From a phage: 64,000 nucleotides of DNA. Made by a program: the position numbers and the translations under genes. Below the pieces are notes generated by a model. That model ran no database searches and had not been told where the DNA came from. It saw nothing but the letters and a program-made list of their open reading frames with translations. Location of the stretch: the sequence record PZ445511.1. One strand, 5' to 3'. Positions 38,738 through 46,182 of the stretch are shown here, one piece after another (the stretch's first letter is position 1; each line of letters begins with the position of its first letter).

Positions 38738-38860
38738 ATGAAATCTATTAAGAAAGCTATTCGTGAACTTATCCGTTGTCGCTTCCATAACATCAAGGCT
38801 TCAACTAATGGTACTACTTACGATCGCTATGATCCTAAGTTTGGCTTACATTCTAAATAA
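38738..38860 (+). CDS. Hypothetical small protein
   Basis: 40-aa ORF with aaggaag RBS. Confidence 0.35.
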   Translation: MKSIKKAIRELIRCRFHNIKASTNGTTYDRYDPKFGLHSK

Positions 38861-38873
38861 CTGGAGAAAACAA

Positions 38874-39080
38874 ATGGCTAATCCTGAAATTACGGCACAA
38901 CGTTTTATGCTGAAAGGAATTATTGCTGAAGCAGGCGTGACACAAGAAGTGGAAGATTTCCATAAGCAGTTCCTAAATATTCTCACTCAAGCCAAAGAGC
39001 TAGGAGAGAAAGAACATGGCGCGGCTATTATGGCAATCACATTGGTTGGGCTTGATCTGGCAGAAGAATCAGGAGTTTAA
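38874..39080 (+). CDS. Hypothetical protein
   Basis: 68 aa from ATG after ggagaaa RBS. Confidence 0.45.
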   Translation: MANPEITAQRFMLKGIIAEAGVTQEVEDFHKQFLNILTQAKELGEKEHGAAIMAITLVGLDLAEESGV

Positions 39081-39110
39081 CTTCTCCAAGCAGAAATTTT
39101 AAAAATGTAC

Positions 39111-39140
39111 TTGCTTTTTACTTAAGATTTCTGCTATAAT
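39111..39140 (+). promoter_or_regulatory. Sigma70 promoter
   Basis: ttgctt-18bp-tataat. Confidence 0.5.
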
Positions 39141-39169
39141 AGTTATATAAGTTGATGAGAGGAATCAGA

Positions 39170-39445
39170 ATGTTAAAACGTTTTGCAGCAACTGGTATTG
39201 AAAGCTCAGTATGTAAATCCTGGGGTGGTTGGGAAGGTGAGATCGAGTGGCTTTATTTCTACAATGTAGAACTTCTTCCAGAGATCAAAGCTCAATGTAT
39301 TGAGGCTGGTATGGCTCCTGATGCTACGGCTGATGTTGAAATCAGCATGAATAAGCTAGAGGGTCGAGTAGTCACTGTTACTGATGAAGGTGAAGAGGTA
39401 TTCGAACTTCCATTCACTTTGAAAGTCACTCCTTCATTTGATTAA
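39170..39445 (+). CDS. Hypothetical protein
   Basis: 91 aa from ATG after gagagg RBS. Confidence 0.5.
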   Translation: MLKRFAATGIESSVCKSWGGWEGEIEWLYFYNVELLPEIKAQCIEAGMAPDATADVEISMNKLEGRVVTVTDEGEEVFELPFTLKVTPSFD

Positions 39446-39483
39446 CTGATACAGCACTTGAGCAAGTTCTTTAAAATTTGACT

Positions 39484-39512
39484 TGCTCAAGTGCCTTAAA
39501 ACTTGATATAAT
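39484..39512 (+). promoter_or_regulatory. Sigma70 promoter for tRNA transcription unit; -35 lies inside a 13-bp inverted repeat
   Basis: ttgctc-17bp-tataat; approx 124-nt leader before tRNA-Tyr. Confidence 0.55.
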
Positions 39513-39636
39513 AGTTACCTAATTTGGAAACATATCTGAATGAGAAGTAATTAAGCGAGTTGCTTTGAGGGATAAAGTCAGGATAGCCGGAAATATTCCA
39601 CCTTGAGTTTAACCGACTTACTTTTCATTCAAATAT

Positions 39637-39717
39637 GGGGGATTGGCTCAGTGGCGACGGCGCCTGGCTGTAGACCGGGTATATCACGCGGAGGTTCGAG
39701 TCCTCCATCCCCCACCA
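39637..39717 (+). tRNA. tRNA-Tyr (anticodon GTA)
   Basis: Acceptor gggggat/atccccc, anticodon stem cctgg/ccggg with loop ctgtaga, extended variable region, T-arm ggaggTTCGAGTcctcc, CCA. Confidence 0.7.
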
Positions 39718-39725
39718 AAATTAAT

Positions 39726-39800
39726 GCACCTATCGTCTAATGGTTAGGACATCAGGATTTCAATCTGAGAATTGAACTCCGATTCTCCGTGGGTGTGCCA
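39726..39800 (+). tRNA. tRNA-Glu-like (anticodon TTC) with degenerate T-arm
   Basis: Good acceptor, D- and anticodon arms (loop atttcaa); T-arm tgaac/tccgatt/ctccg pairs poorly; CCA encoded. Confidence 0.45.
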
Positions 39801-39809
39801 ATTAATAAT

Positions 39810-39880
39810 TGGGGTACACATAGGTTGCTAGTGGGCCTCCAAAACCCATGAAAAGGTTTCGAATACCTTTACCCCTGCCA
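39810..39880 (+). tRNA. tRNA-Trp-like (anticodon CCA) with truncated D-arm
   Basis: Canonical T-arm aaggtTTCGAATacctt and CCA; anticodon loop ctccaaa with C31-A39 mismatch; U1-U72 mismatch; only 15 nt for the D region. Confidence 0.35.
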
Positions 39881-39886
39881 ATATTT

Positions 39887-39961
39887 GCACCTTTAGCTGA
39901 GATGGATTAGCGCTTGCCTGAAGAGCTTGAGAGGTTCGTTCAATTCGAACAGGGTGCACCA
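39887..39961 (+). tRNA. tRNA-Phe (anticodon GAA), weak anticodon stem
   Basis: Acceptor gcacctt/agggtgc, D-arm gctg...tagc, anticodon loop ctgaaga, T-arm gttcgTTCAATTcgaac, CCA. Confidence 0.55.
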
Positions 39962-39978
39962 ATTTGAAGGAGATGCTG

Positions 39979-40251
39979 ATGCATCCTGAAAACTTCTTTA
40001 TATACTGTACTAGTCCTTTGCTTAAACGCCGGATTAATAAAGTATATCACTACAGAGCTAGTCAACAGCCTTATGTTTATGATTCTAGTGGAGATCATAT
40101 TCCACTTGAGCAACTAGGGACTGATTATATGGTTTTGAAGCACTTTAATGAGGCGAAGATCTCTAGCGTTCATAACCGACAAAACTCTAAAACGTGGTGG
40201 CATAAGAAGCGTAAGAAAGGCATCAAATTTCTTAAAAATGTAGTTGCTTAA
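39979..40251 (+). CDS. Hypothetical protein
   Basis: Track ORF begins at TTG 39964 abutting the tRNA; ATG at 39979 has aggag at proper spacing. Confidence 0.45.
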   Translation: MHPENFFIYCTSPLLKRRINKVYHYRASQQPYVYDSSGDHIPLEQLGTDYMVLKHFNEAKISSVHNRQNSKTWWHKKRKKGIKFLKNVVA

Positions 40252-40272
40252 ATCCTTAAAGTTCTGTATAAT
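40244..40272 (+). promoter_or_regulatory. Sigma70 promoter
   Basis: ttgctt-17bp-tataat overlapping upstream stop codon. Confidence 0.55.
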
Positions 40273-40300
40273 TATTACATAAATTGAACTGGAGAACTAG

Positions 40301-40489
40301 ATGAAAGCACCTAAACCGAAATTAGTTAAGTTCGACTGCTGTGATACTGAAATCTTATTTACTAAGTTTGGTGAATTTAAGATGTGTGAATGTGGAACAT
40401 GTGGTTACGATCATGGTGATGGATATTATTGCAGAACCCTAGGGCCTTCTGAACTAATCCACTTCTCATGGCCGGAAAGTAAAGAATAA
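40301..40489 (+). CDS. Hypothetical Cys-rich small protein
   Basis: 62 aa with CC...CxC...CxxC pattern; ggagaa RBS. Confidence 0.5.
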   Translation: MKAPKPKLVKFDCCDTEILFTKFGEFKMCECGTCGYDHGDGYYCRTLGPSELIHFSWPESKE

Positions 40490-40491
40490 TA

Positions 40492-40567
40492 CGACCGTTG
40501 GCTGAATGGCTTAGGCGGAGGCCTGCAAAACCTCCTTATGTGAGTTCGAATCTCATGCGGTCGTCCA
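40492..40567 (+). tRNA. tRNA-Cys (anticodon GCA)
   Basis: Acceptor cgaccgt/gcggtcg, anticodon loop ctgcaaa (C31-A39), T-arm gtgagTTCGAATctcat, CCA. Confidence 0.65.
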
Positions 40568-40719
40568 ATTTGCTGAAAGAATTGTTAAATCAATTCAGGC
40601 ACGCGTAGGAACACTGCCTCAGTAATTGAAAGATGAGGCACGGTTTGGAGAGGTATGCCGCTACACGCTACGGTGCTAACTCCGTCTAGGTGAAAATCCT
40701 AGTCAGCAATATAAATTTA

Positions 40720-40802
40720 GGGTCGTTAGCCAAGCGGTTTGGCGGTGGACTGTTAATCCATGTCGAAAGACAACGTAGGTTCGAATCCTACACGGCCCGC
40801 CA
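40720..40802 (+). tRNA. tRNA with GTT anticodon (Asn) and unusual 13-nt variable arm
   Basis: Acceptor gggtcgt/acggccc, D-arm gcca...tggc, anticodon loop ctgttaa, variable gtcgaaagacaac, T-arm gtaggTTCGAATcctac, CCA. Confidence 0.65.
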
Positions 40803-40905
40803 TATTCTATGTAGGATTAAGTAAACCGGTAGCCAACCAGCTATCATTACTGATATCGAATTCAGTCACAGATACCATTTTTCACTAACAACTGAGGAAA
40901 TAGAT

Positions 40906-41091
40906 ATGACAACTCGTGCAATTGCTCGACTAGAAGCTGATCGTGATAATCTGATTAATAATATTAAGGTTCGTGGTAATATTATTAAGGCTCTGAAAGC
41001 TGAACTTCTTGAAGAACTTCAAGGTCAAGTAGAGCGTCGTGAAGCTCTAAAAGAGGTTGAGGAAGCTATCGAAAAACTCAAGGCTGAATAA
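40906..41091 (+). CDS. Hypothetical coiled-coil protein
   Basis: 61-aa ORF with gaggaaa RBS. Confidence 0.5.
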   Translation: MTTRAIARLEADRDNLINNIKVRGNIIKALKAELLEELQGQVERREALKEVEEAIEKLKAE

Positions 41092-41094
41092 ATT

Positions 41095-41676
41095 ATGCAC
41101 GGAATATCCTTACCCATTCCAGGGTTTGAGGAGTACTTAGTAAGTTTGGATGGGTTAGTATTTAGTATCAAATCAAACAAAATACTAACCCCAATAACCA
41201 GTAATTATGGATACTTATCTATACGTCTCCATAAAAATGGTCAACAGAGAAATACCGGTGTACATAGGATTTTAGCATGTGCATTTAAGAAATTACCAAG
41301 TCTAGACTCTGAACTAGAAGTTGACCATATTAACACAGACATTACTTATTGGGGTCTTAATAACTTACAAGTGCTCACAAAAGAGCAGCATCTAGAAAAG
41401 ACTTTAAAAGATAAAGGATTTAGTAAACTAAATCATGATAATTGTTGTAAGGATTGTGGTAAAGCTATTTCTTTAAAAGCTGAAAAATGTCAGGAGTGCT
41501 CTTCACATAAACCAAAAGATATCTCTATAACTAAAGAAATAATCGAGGTTACAGTAAGAGAGCTAGGCTGGTCAGGTGCAGGGAGAAAGTTAAATTATTC
41601 AGATAATGGGTTGCGTAAAAGATACACTTCTTTAGGAGGCAATCCTAAAGAACTTAAAAAGTTAAAGGTACTATAG
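41095..41676 (+). CDS. HNH homing endonuclease (NUMOD4-like N-terminus, HNH core, C-terminal zinc ribbon)
   Basis: 193 aa; GFEEYLVSLDG, VHRILA...VDHINTD...NL, CCKDCGK...CQEC. Confidence 0.7.
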   Translation: MHGISLPIPGFEEYLVSLDGLVFSIKSNKILTPITSNYGYLSIRLHKNGQQRNTGVHRILACAFKKLPSLDSELEVDHINTDITYWGLNNLQVLTKEQHLEKTLKDKGFSKLNHDNCCKDCGKAISLKAEKCQECSSHKPKDISITKEIIEVTVRELGWSGAGRKLNYSDNGLRKRYTSLGGNPKELKKLKVL

Positions 41677-41741
41677 TCTAACGGTTAGGATACTCCCCTG
41701 TCACGGGAGAGGTAGGGTTTCGATTACCCTTAGTACCGCCA
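41667..41741 (+). tRNA. tRNA-Asp (anticodon GTC)
   Basis: Acceptor ggtacta/tagtacc, anticodon stem ctccc/gggag loop ctgtcac, T-arm agggtTTCGATTaccct, CCA; 5' end overlaps HNH gene stop. Confidence 0.8.
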
Positions 41742-41747
41742 AATTAT

Positions 41748-41824
41748 ACATCCATAGCTCAACTGGTCAGAGCTACCGCCTCTTAAGCGGAGGGTTGAAG
41801 GTTCAAGTCCTTCTGGGAGTACCA
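41748..41824 (+). tRNA. tRNA-Lys (anticodon CTT)
   Basis: D-arm gctc...gagc, anticodon loop ctcttaa, T-arm gaaggTTCAAGTccttc, CCA; one acceptor mismatch. Confidence 0.65.
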
Positions 41825-42027
41825 AACAAATAGAGTAAAGGCTACAGTAGGTGCACCCTTACGGACTGCTACACCGGACTCTATTCATTAACAAACATTC
41901 TAGCGTGGTGGAGAGGGGACACCAGCTGTGCGAGGGTAGAAGCTTGTTCGATTCAAGTGAAAGAATGGTTCTCGTAAATCCGCAGCAGTGATAGTAGGTT
42001 CAAGTCCTACCTAGATTGACTTATTAT

Positions 42028-42101
42028 GCGTTCGTAGTTAAAAGGTATAATTTTTGGTTGCCAACCAGAAGTTGAGGGTTCGATTCCCTCCGACCGCACC
42101 A
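42028..42101 (+). tRNA. tRNA-Gly (anticodon GCC)
   Basis: Acceptor gcgttcg/cgaccgc (one mismatch), anticodon loop ttgccaa, T-arm gagggTTCGATTccctc, CCA. Confidence 0.7.
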
Positions 42102-42351
42102 AATTTAGGGTTCTGCTTCCTAGAGAACGGACTCCTAGATAAACAAGGCGATGAGTTTCCGGCCGGTTCTAGTCGCTGAAAATCCTCCCGACCAGGTAGG
42201 TGTAGGTAAACGAAAGTTTACTTATTGAGTAGGTTCCGATAGATCGGCGGATCTATTCTGGCATTTAAGAGAAGTCTCGCAAACTTCTTTGTCAGCAGAG
42301 CGTTTGAAGCGTGAGGTGGCCTACACAATAAGTAAATTTATTAAAAACTCA

Positions 42352-42381
42352 TTTGCTATTTCACTTAATTCTCTTTATAAT
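42352..42381 (+). promoter_or_regulatory. Sigma70 promoter for tRNA transcription unit
   Basis: ttgcta-18bp-tataat directly upstream of tRNA-Pro. Confidence 0.55.
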
Positions 42382-42413
42382 ATATCTTATAAAGTGAGTT
42401 AACAAAGAATATT

Positions 42414-42491
42414 CTCCGTGTAGCTCAGTTTGGCCAGAGCGTTCCGTTTGGGGCGGTAGGGTCGGGGGTTCAAATCCTCCCACGGAGACCA
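42414..42491 (+). tRNA. tRNA-Pro (anticodon TGG)
   Basis: Acceptor ctccgtg/cacggag, D-arm gctc...gagc, anticodon loop tttgggg (G37), T-arm gggggTTCAAATcctcc, CCA. Confidence 0.75.
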
Positions 42492-42497
42492 AACAAT

Positions 42498-42575
42498 TGC
42501 GGGTTAGATCTCTGGTAGAGATCGCTAGTCTCATAAGCTAGAAAGAGGTAGGTTCGATTCCTACACCCGCTTCCA
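42498..42575 (+). tRNA. tRNA with CAT anticodon (Met-type; unpaired 1-72, possibly initiator-like)
   Basis: Anticodon stem ctagt/gctag loop ctcataa, T-arm gtaggTTCGATTcctac, CCA; position 1 U opposite U72. Confidence 0.6.
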
Positions 42576-42594
42576 ATTTAATAGAGGATACGAA

Positions 42595-42759
42595 ATGAAA
42601 TTATTTCGATTGGTAGTAAGTGATAGACGGTCTAGCAAAGATCGTTCGAAGTATACCTTAGCCCATTATGGGAAAGATGAAAATGAAGTAATGGCTGAAT
42701 TTGGTATTAATCATCGCTACTTAGAAGTTTACTCTATTAAGGAAGTTTATCCGTATTAA
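42595..42759 (+). CDS. Hypothetical small protein
   Basis: 54-aa ORF with agagga RBS between two tRNAs. Confidence 0.4.
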   Translation: MKLFRLVVSDRRSSKDRSKYTLAHYGKDENEVMAEFGINHRYLEVYSIKEVYPY

Positions 42760-42837
42760 GGGTCGTTAGCTCAATTGGTTAGTAGCACTTGCCTTTTAAG
42801 CAATAGGTTGAAGGTTCGAGTCCTTCACGACCCACCA
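42760..42837 (+). tRNA. tRNA-Lys (anticodon TTT)
   Basis: Acceptor gggtcgt/acgaccc, anticodon loop cttttaa, T-arm gaaggTTCGAGTccttc, CCA. Confidence 0.75.
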
Positions 42838-42846
42838 AATTACTTT

Positions 42847-42920
42847 GCTCGGTTAGTTTAATGGGAGAACCCCGTCTTTACACGGCGGTTGCGATAGTTC
42901 GATTCTATCACCGAGTACCA
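42847..42920 (+). tRNA. tRNA-Val (anticodon TAC)
   Basis: Acceptor gctcggt/accgagt, anticodon stem ccgtc/ggcgg loop tttacac, T-arm gatagTTCGATTctatc, CCA. Confidence 0.75.
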
Positions 42921-42939
42921 ATTAACTCAAAATAAGGAA

Positions 42940-43299
42940 TTGCAAATGCAATTATCAAGCAAGATTCAAGGCTATTTTGGTCATGTAACAATGGAGTTCG
43001 CTATCTCTAAAGGTTGGGATTTCGAGCAAGATCTAGCTGAGTTCTACAAAGATATTGATCTGAACGTACCATACATGGGACTCTCCACTGGTCAAGAGAT
43101 CACAGAAGGCGATGTGTTCAAGGCAAGTCAAGGTGAGGTAACACCTAATTTTGCCAAGTTCTGGTTAGGACTTACTTTGAAGGAAGATGCACCAGAGGAT
43201 GGTGTGGTTATGCAGAGTATGCACTCTGGAAGCTCTGATTACCTTTTCGTTAGCGACGTTAAGGAACTACAAGAAATCGCTAAAAATGTACTTGCTTGA
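42940..43299 (+). CDS. Hypothetical protein
   Basis: 119-aa ORF (TTG start per track; internal ATG 6 nt later) after aaggaa RBS. Confidence 0.5.
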   Translation: MQMQLSSKIQGYFGHVTMEFAISKGWDFEQDLAEFYKDIDLNVPYMGLSTGQEITEGDVFKASQGEVTPNFAKFWLGLTLKEDAPEDGVVMQSMHSGSSDYLFVSDVKELQEIAKNVLA

Positions 43300-43320
43300 T
43301 GCTTAATTTCTTGTTATAAT
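43292..43320 (+). promoter_or_regulatory. Sigma70 promoter overlapping upstream stop codon
   Basis: ttgctt-17bp-tataat then gatgagga-GAAA-tcctcatc hairpin in leader. Confidence 0.55.
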
Positions 43321-43582
43321 ATTTATATAAATTGATGAGGAGAAATCCTCATCAAAGTTCACTAAGGTATTAGCTCGACCTAGGGCTGGCTGCCAAAAAG
43401 CACAATTGCAATTAGACCCCTAATGGCGGGGGATACTTTGCAATAAGTTCTAGATTAGTCCACTAGATTCAGTGGCAACTGAATAGTGTATCGGGTTTGT
43501 GAAGAGCGGTTATCCTCTACTGGCTAATGTCTGAGGGTAATACGCACACCGAGCTAATAGCCTTAGTAAACTTAAAGATTTT

Positions 43583-43661
43583 GGGGAATGGGTCTGCTTG
43601 GAGTGGACACCTCGCTTGCACCGAGGATATCAGAAGAGTTCGAATCTCTTATTCTCCACCA
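43583..43661 (+). tRNA. tRNA-Ala-like (anticodon TGC), G3-U70 present, 7-nt variable loop
   Basis: Acceptor ggggaat/attctcc with G3-U70, anticodon stem cctcg/cgagg loop cttgcac, T-arm aagagTTCGAATctctt, CCA. Confidence 0.55.
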
Positions 43662-43666
43662 AATTC

Positions 43667-43742
43667 GGGGTCATAGGTTATTTGGTTAAACTTACTGCCT
43701 TGCAAGCAGTGGAACTCAGTTCAATTCTGAGTGACTCCACCA
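43667..43742 (+). tRNA. tRNA-Ala (anticodon TGC)
   Basis: Acceptor ggggtca/tgactcc with G3-U70, anticodon stem actgc/gcagt loop cttgcaa, T-arm ctcagTTCAATTctgag, CCA. Confidence 0.7.
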
Positions 43743-43761
43743 AACAAATTAAGGAAATAAT

Positions 43762-43980
43762 ATGGTATTCTTAGCAGCCTCTGTAGTTCTTGCAGCTTTA
43801 GCACTAGCTATCTATTTTAGAACTATTAAAGATTTAGCTAAAGAAAAGAAAACTTTCTTTACTGATTATTCTTGGGGCGCTCCATATAACGTCCGCTTTA
43901 TCAGCTTAGAAGCTATGCTGATAATGGTATTCAGTGGCATAGGTTCCATTGTTGCAGGGTTACTATTTATTTCTAACTAA
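43762..43980 (+). CDS. Hypothetical small membrane protein
   Basis: 72 aa with two hydrophobic helices; aaggaaa RBS. Confidence 0.5.
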   Translation: MVFLAASVVLAALALAIYFRTIKDLAKEKKTFFTDYSWGAPYNVRFISLEAMLIMVFSGIGSIVAGLLFISN

Positions 43981-43987
43981 ATAAAAT

Positions 43988-44068
43988 GGGGATGTGGCGA
44001 AATTGGCAGACGCGCTAGATTTAGGTTCTAGTCTTCGGGTGTGGGTTCGAGTCCCTCCATCCCTACCA
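43988..44068 (+). tRNA. tRNA-Leu (anticodon TAG), class II
   Basis: Acceptor ggggatg/catccct, anticodon stem ctaga/tctag loop tttaggt, long variable arm, T-loop TTCGAGT, CCA. Confidence 0.7.
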
Positions 44069-44084
44069 AACATTGGATTAACTC

Positions 44085-44261
44085 ATGATGAAAACTCCTA
44101 TAACTGATATCTGGTTAGCTGTTAATACATCAACTAAAGAGTATGTGTTTATAGAGTATGGTCAGAGGTATGACCAAAAGATGTATAATCTCATACTTCC
44201 AGTATCTGCTAATGAAGTTTATGATTTAATCCTGAGATCTACGGAAGAGCAAATCGATTAG
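44085..44261 (+). CDS. Hypothetical small protein
   Basis: 58-aa ORF; 3' end overlaps tRNA-Ser(GGA). Confidence 0.35.
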   Translation: MMKTPITDIWLAVNTSTKEYVFIEYGQRYDQKMYNLILPVSANEVYDLILRSTEEQID

Positions 44262-44335
44262 GTGACGAAAACCGCTTGGAAAGTGGCTGACTTGTTAAAG
44301 CAGGCTTGAGAGTTCGAATCTCTCTTCTTCCGCCA
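44243..44335 (+). tRNA. tRNA-Ser (anticodon GGA), class II
   Basis: Acceptor ggaagag/ttcttcc, anticodon loop ttggaaa, approx 20-nt variable arm, T-arm gagagTTCGAATctctc, CCA. Confidence 0.55.
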
Positions 44336-44356
44336 AACAACTAATAGGGAATATAA

Positions 44357-44599
44357 ATGAAAGTCAAGATTATGATGTTGGATTTAGCTAATGATAAGTT
44401 TTTCTTGCGTCATACATTCCCTAGTAAGCAAGCTTTAGAGTTTCATATCAAGTACGCAATGGGCATGAAACTTCCTGAGCGAGAAATATTTGATAAAGCA
44501 TGTGATACTGGAGTTATTTATGTATGGCAAACAACCTATCATGATAATCCAGAAGATCTTCGAAAAGAAGTAGAACAAATACTAGAAGATAGTACGTAG
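44357..44599 (+). CDS. Hypothetical protein
   Basis: 80-aa ORF; 3' end overlaps tRNA-Ser(TGA). Confidence 0.45.
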   Translation: MKVKIMMLDLANDKFFLRHTFPSKQALEFHIKYAMGMKLPEREIFDKACDTGVIYVWQTTYHDNPEDLRKEVEQILEDST

Positions 44600-44673
44600 T
44601 GGTATGTAACCGGTCTTGAAAACCGGCCCGCTGTAGTGATACGGTGATGGTTCGACTCCATTATCTTCTGCCA
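44584..44673 (+). tRNA. tRNA-Ser (anticodon TGA), class II
   Basis: Acceptor agaagat/atcttct, anticodon stem ccggt/accgg loop cttgaaa, long variable arm, T-arm gatggTTCGACTccatt, CCA. Confidence 0.7.
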
Positions 44674-44998
44674 AATCTTGAAGTATGCCGGAATCGGTAG
44701 ACGGGGCTTCCTAAAGGGCGTAAGGGGAACATCCACTCCTCATAAGATACCCGAAAACGAGGCTGAGATAACTGGTCTATCTCGTGAAGGTTCGAGTCCT
44801 TCTGCTTCTTGATATTCATCAATGGCTCAAAGTGTAACGGTGCTATTTGATGCTCTTAGTAAGACTTTCCCGACATGCGTTCGGGAGTAAGCTGCTAAGG
44901 CTAGAGTAGAAGAGTTTCGGAGAGCCGCCACAATTGAAGTCTTTAGAATGGGTATCGCCCTTTAGCCCCTCCGAAAGGGATAACTAGAGATTTCAATT

Positions 44999-45075
44999 GT
45001 GGCTATATCATAATTGGTTAATGATCCTGATTGTGAATCAGGCCTATGTGGATTCGAATTCCACTAGCCACCCCA
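44999..45075 (+). tRNA. tRNA-His (anticodon GTG)
   Basis: Acceptor gtggcta/tagccac, discriminator C, anticodon stem cctga/tcagg loop ttgtgaa, T-arm gtggaTTCGAATtccac, CCA. Confidence 0.75.
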
Positions 45076-45081
45076 AATATT

Positions 45082-45156
45082 GCGTCCTTATTTCAACGGA
45101 AAGAATGTAAAGCTACGAACTTTACGATCGGGGTTCGATTCCCTGAGGATGCACCA
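45082..45156 (+). tRNA. tRNA-Arg (anticodon ACG)
   Basis: Acceptor gcgtcct/aggatgc, anticodon stem taaag/cttta loop ctacgaa, T-arm cggggTTCGATTccctg, CCA. Confidence 0.75.
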
Positions 45157-45180
45157 ATTAACTTAAACAGGAAATAAAAT

Positions 45181-45381
45181 ATGGCTGATTTCTGCAAAGA
45201 ATGCTCTATTGATATGTGGGGCAGAGATACTGGTGATCTTTCTGGTCTGATTACAGAAGCCGAAGTTAAAGAAGGCTATGGTGCTGTTGTAATCTGTGAA
45301 GGTTGTGGCATTATCCGTGTTGATCATAATGGTAAACGTCTAGAAGAACCTGATCCAATCGCCACGGTTCCTGTAGAATAA
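45181..45381 (+). CDS. Hypothetical zinc-ribbon-like small protein
   Basis: 66 aa with CxxC...CxxC; ggaaataaaat upstream. Confidence 0.5.
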   Translation: MADFCKECSIDMWGRDTGDLSGLITEAEVKEGYGAVVICEGCGIIRVDHNGKRLEEPDPIATVPVE

Positions 45382-45388
45382 AAATTAT

Positions 45389-45464
45389 TGGGATGTAGAT
45401 CAATTGGTAGATCGTCGGCCTCTGACTCCGAAGGTTCCACGTTCGATCCGTGGCATCCCAGCCA
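45389..45464 (+). tRNA. tRNA-Gln (anticodon CTG)
   Basis: U1-A72 acceptor tgggatg/catccca, D-arm gatc...gatc, anticodon loop ctctgac, T-arm ccacgTTCGATCcgtgg, CCA. Confidence 0.7.
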
Positions 45465-45470
45465 AACAAT

Positions 45471-45546
45471 TGGAGAGTAGTGTAACGGTTAGCACAACGG
45501 CCTTTGACTCCGTTAATGGTAGGTTCGATTCCTCCTTCTCCAGCCA
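45471..45546 (+). tRNA. tRNA-Gln (anticodon TTG)
   Basis: U1-A72 acceptor tggagag/ttctcca, anticodon loop ctttgac, T-loop TTCGATT, CCA. Confidence 0.7.
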
Positions 45547-45552
45547 ATTTAT

Positions 45553-45627
45553 GCGTGATTAGTTCAGTGGCTAGAATAACTGGCTTCCAACCAGTAGACA
45601 CGAGTTCGACTCTCGTATCCCGCACCA
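45553..45627 (+). tRNA. tRNA-Gly (anticodon TCC)
   Basis: Anticodon stem actgg/ccagt loop cttccaa, T-arm acgagTTCGACTctcgt, CCA; one acceptor mismatch. Confidence 0.7.
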
Positions 45628-45643
45628 AATATAAGGAAACGTT

Positions 45644-45865
45644 ATGGACGTTTTTGAGTTTCGTAATAAAAATCCTAATAGACGAGTTTTAATTATTGGT
45701 GAAACATACCGAGCTTATGAACAGGAAGACGGTTCGGTTTTATTAAATGATGAAAAGCAAGGCTATAGCTTTCATCCAGAAGAAACATATGAAGAATTTC
45801 GTACTAAGTTTCTTTTACCAGACTGGCTAGCAATAGCTGAGCAAAGAGAACCCGAAGAGGGCTGA
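45644..45865 (+). CDS. Hypothetical protein
   Basis: 73-aa ORF with aaggaaa RBS. Confidence 0.5.
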   Translation: MDVFEFRNKNPNRRVLIIGETYRAYEQEDGSVLLNDEKQGYSFHPEETYEEFRTKFLLPDWLAIAEQREPEEG

Positions 45866-46032
45866 TAATCTAAAGCTAAAGGTTGATAAGCAAATGAAGT
45901 GTGTTGAGGTTGAGTTGGGTGAAGAACGTTTAAAACTCTCATTCGAATTTCTACAGCAGTTGGCTATGACAGTAATGTCTGATAAGTCCCTTATATTTGA
46001 AAAAGAAATCCCGTTGAAATAATGGGTTTATT

Positions 46033-46107
46033 GCTCCTAAAGCATTGCTGGCGATGCAGTTGCCTTGTAAGCATCTGAACCGGGTTCGATTCCAGGTGGG
46101 AGCACCA
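46033..46107 (+). tRNA. tRNA-Thr (anticodon TGT)
   Basis: Acceptor gctccta/tgggagc, D-arm gcat...atgc, anticodon loop cttgtaa, T-loop TTCGATT, CCA. Confidence 0.65.
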
Positions 46108-46123
46108 AATTTAAAAAATTCAT

Positions 46124-46152
46124 TTGCCTTCTCTCTTATTTCTTGTTATAAT
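46124..46152 (+). promoter_or_regulatory. Sigma70 promoter
   Basis: ttgcct-17bp-tataat. Confidence 0.5.
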
Positions 46153-46182
46153 ATTTATATAAATTAATTAGAGGGAAACCAA

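Noticed and set aside
41825-41886. Possible tRNA between tRNA-Lys and tRNA-Gly
   Set aside because: An 8-bp terminal helix (aatagagt/actctatt) encloses about 42 nt but there is no T-loop, anticodon arm or CCA; treated as an unexplained hairpin.
44674-44830. Possible tRNA after tRNA-Ser(TGA)
   Set aside because: A canonical T-arm (gaaggTTCGAGTccttc) exists but no complementary 5' acceptor strand or anticodon arm could be found and there is no CCA; likely a tRNA remnant.
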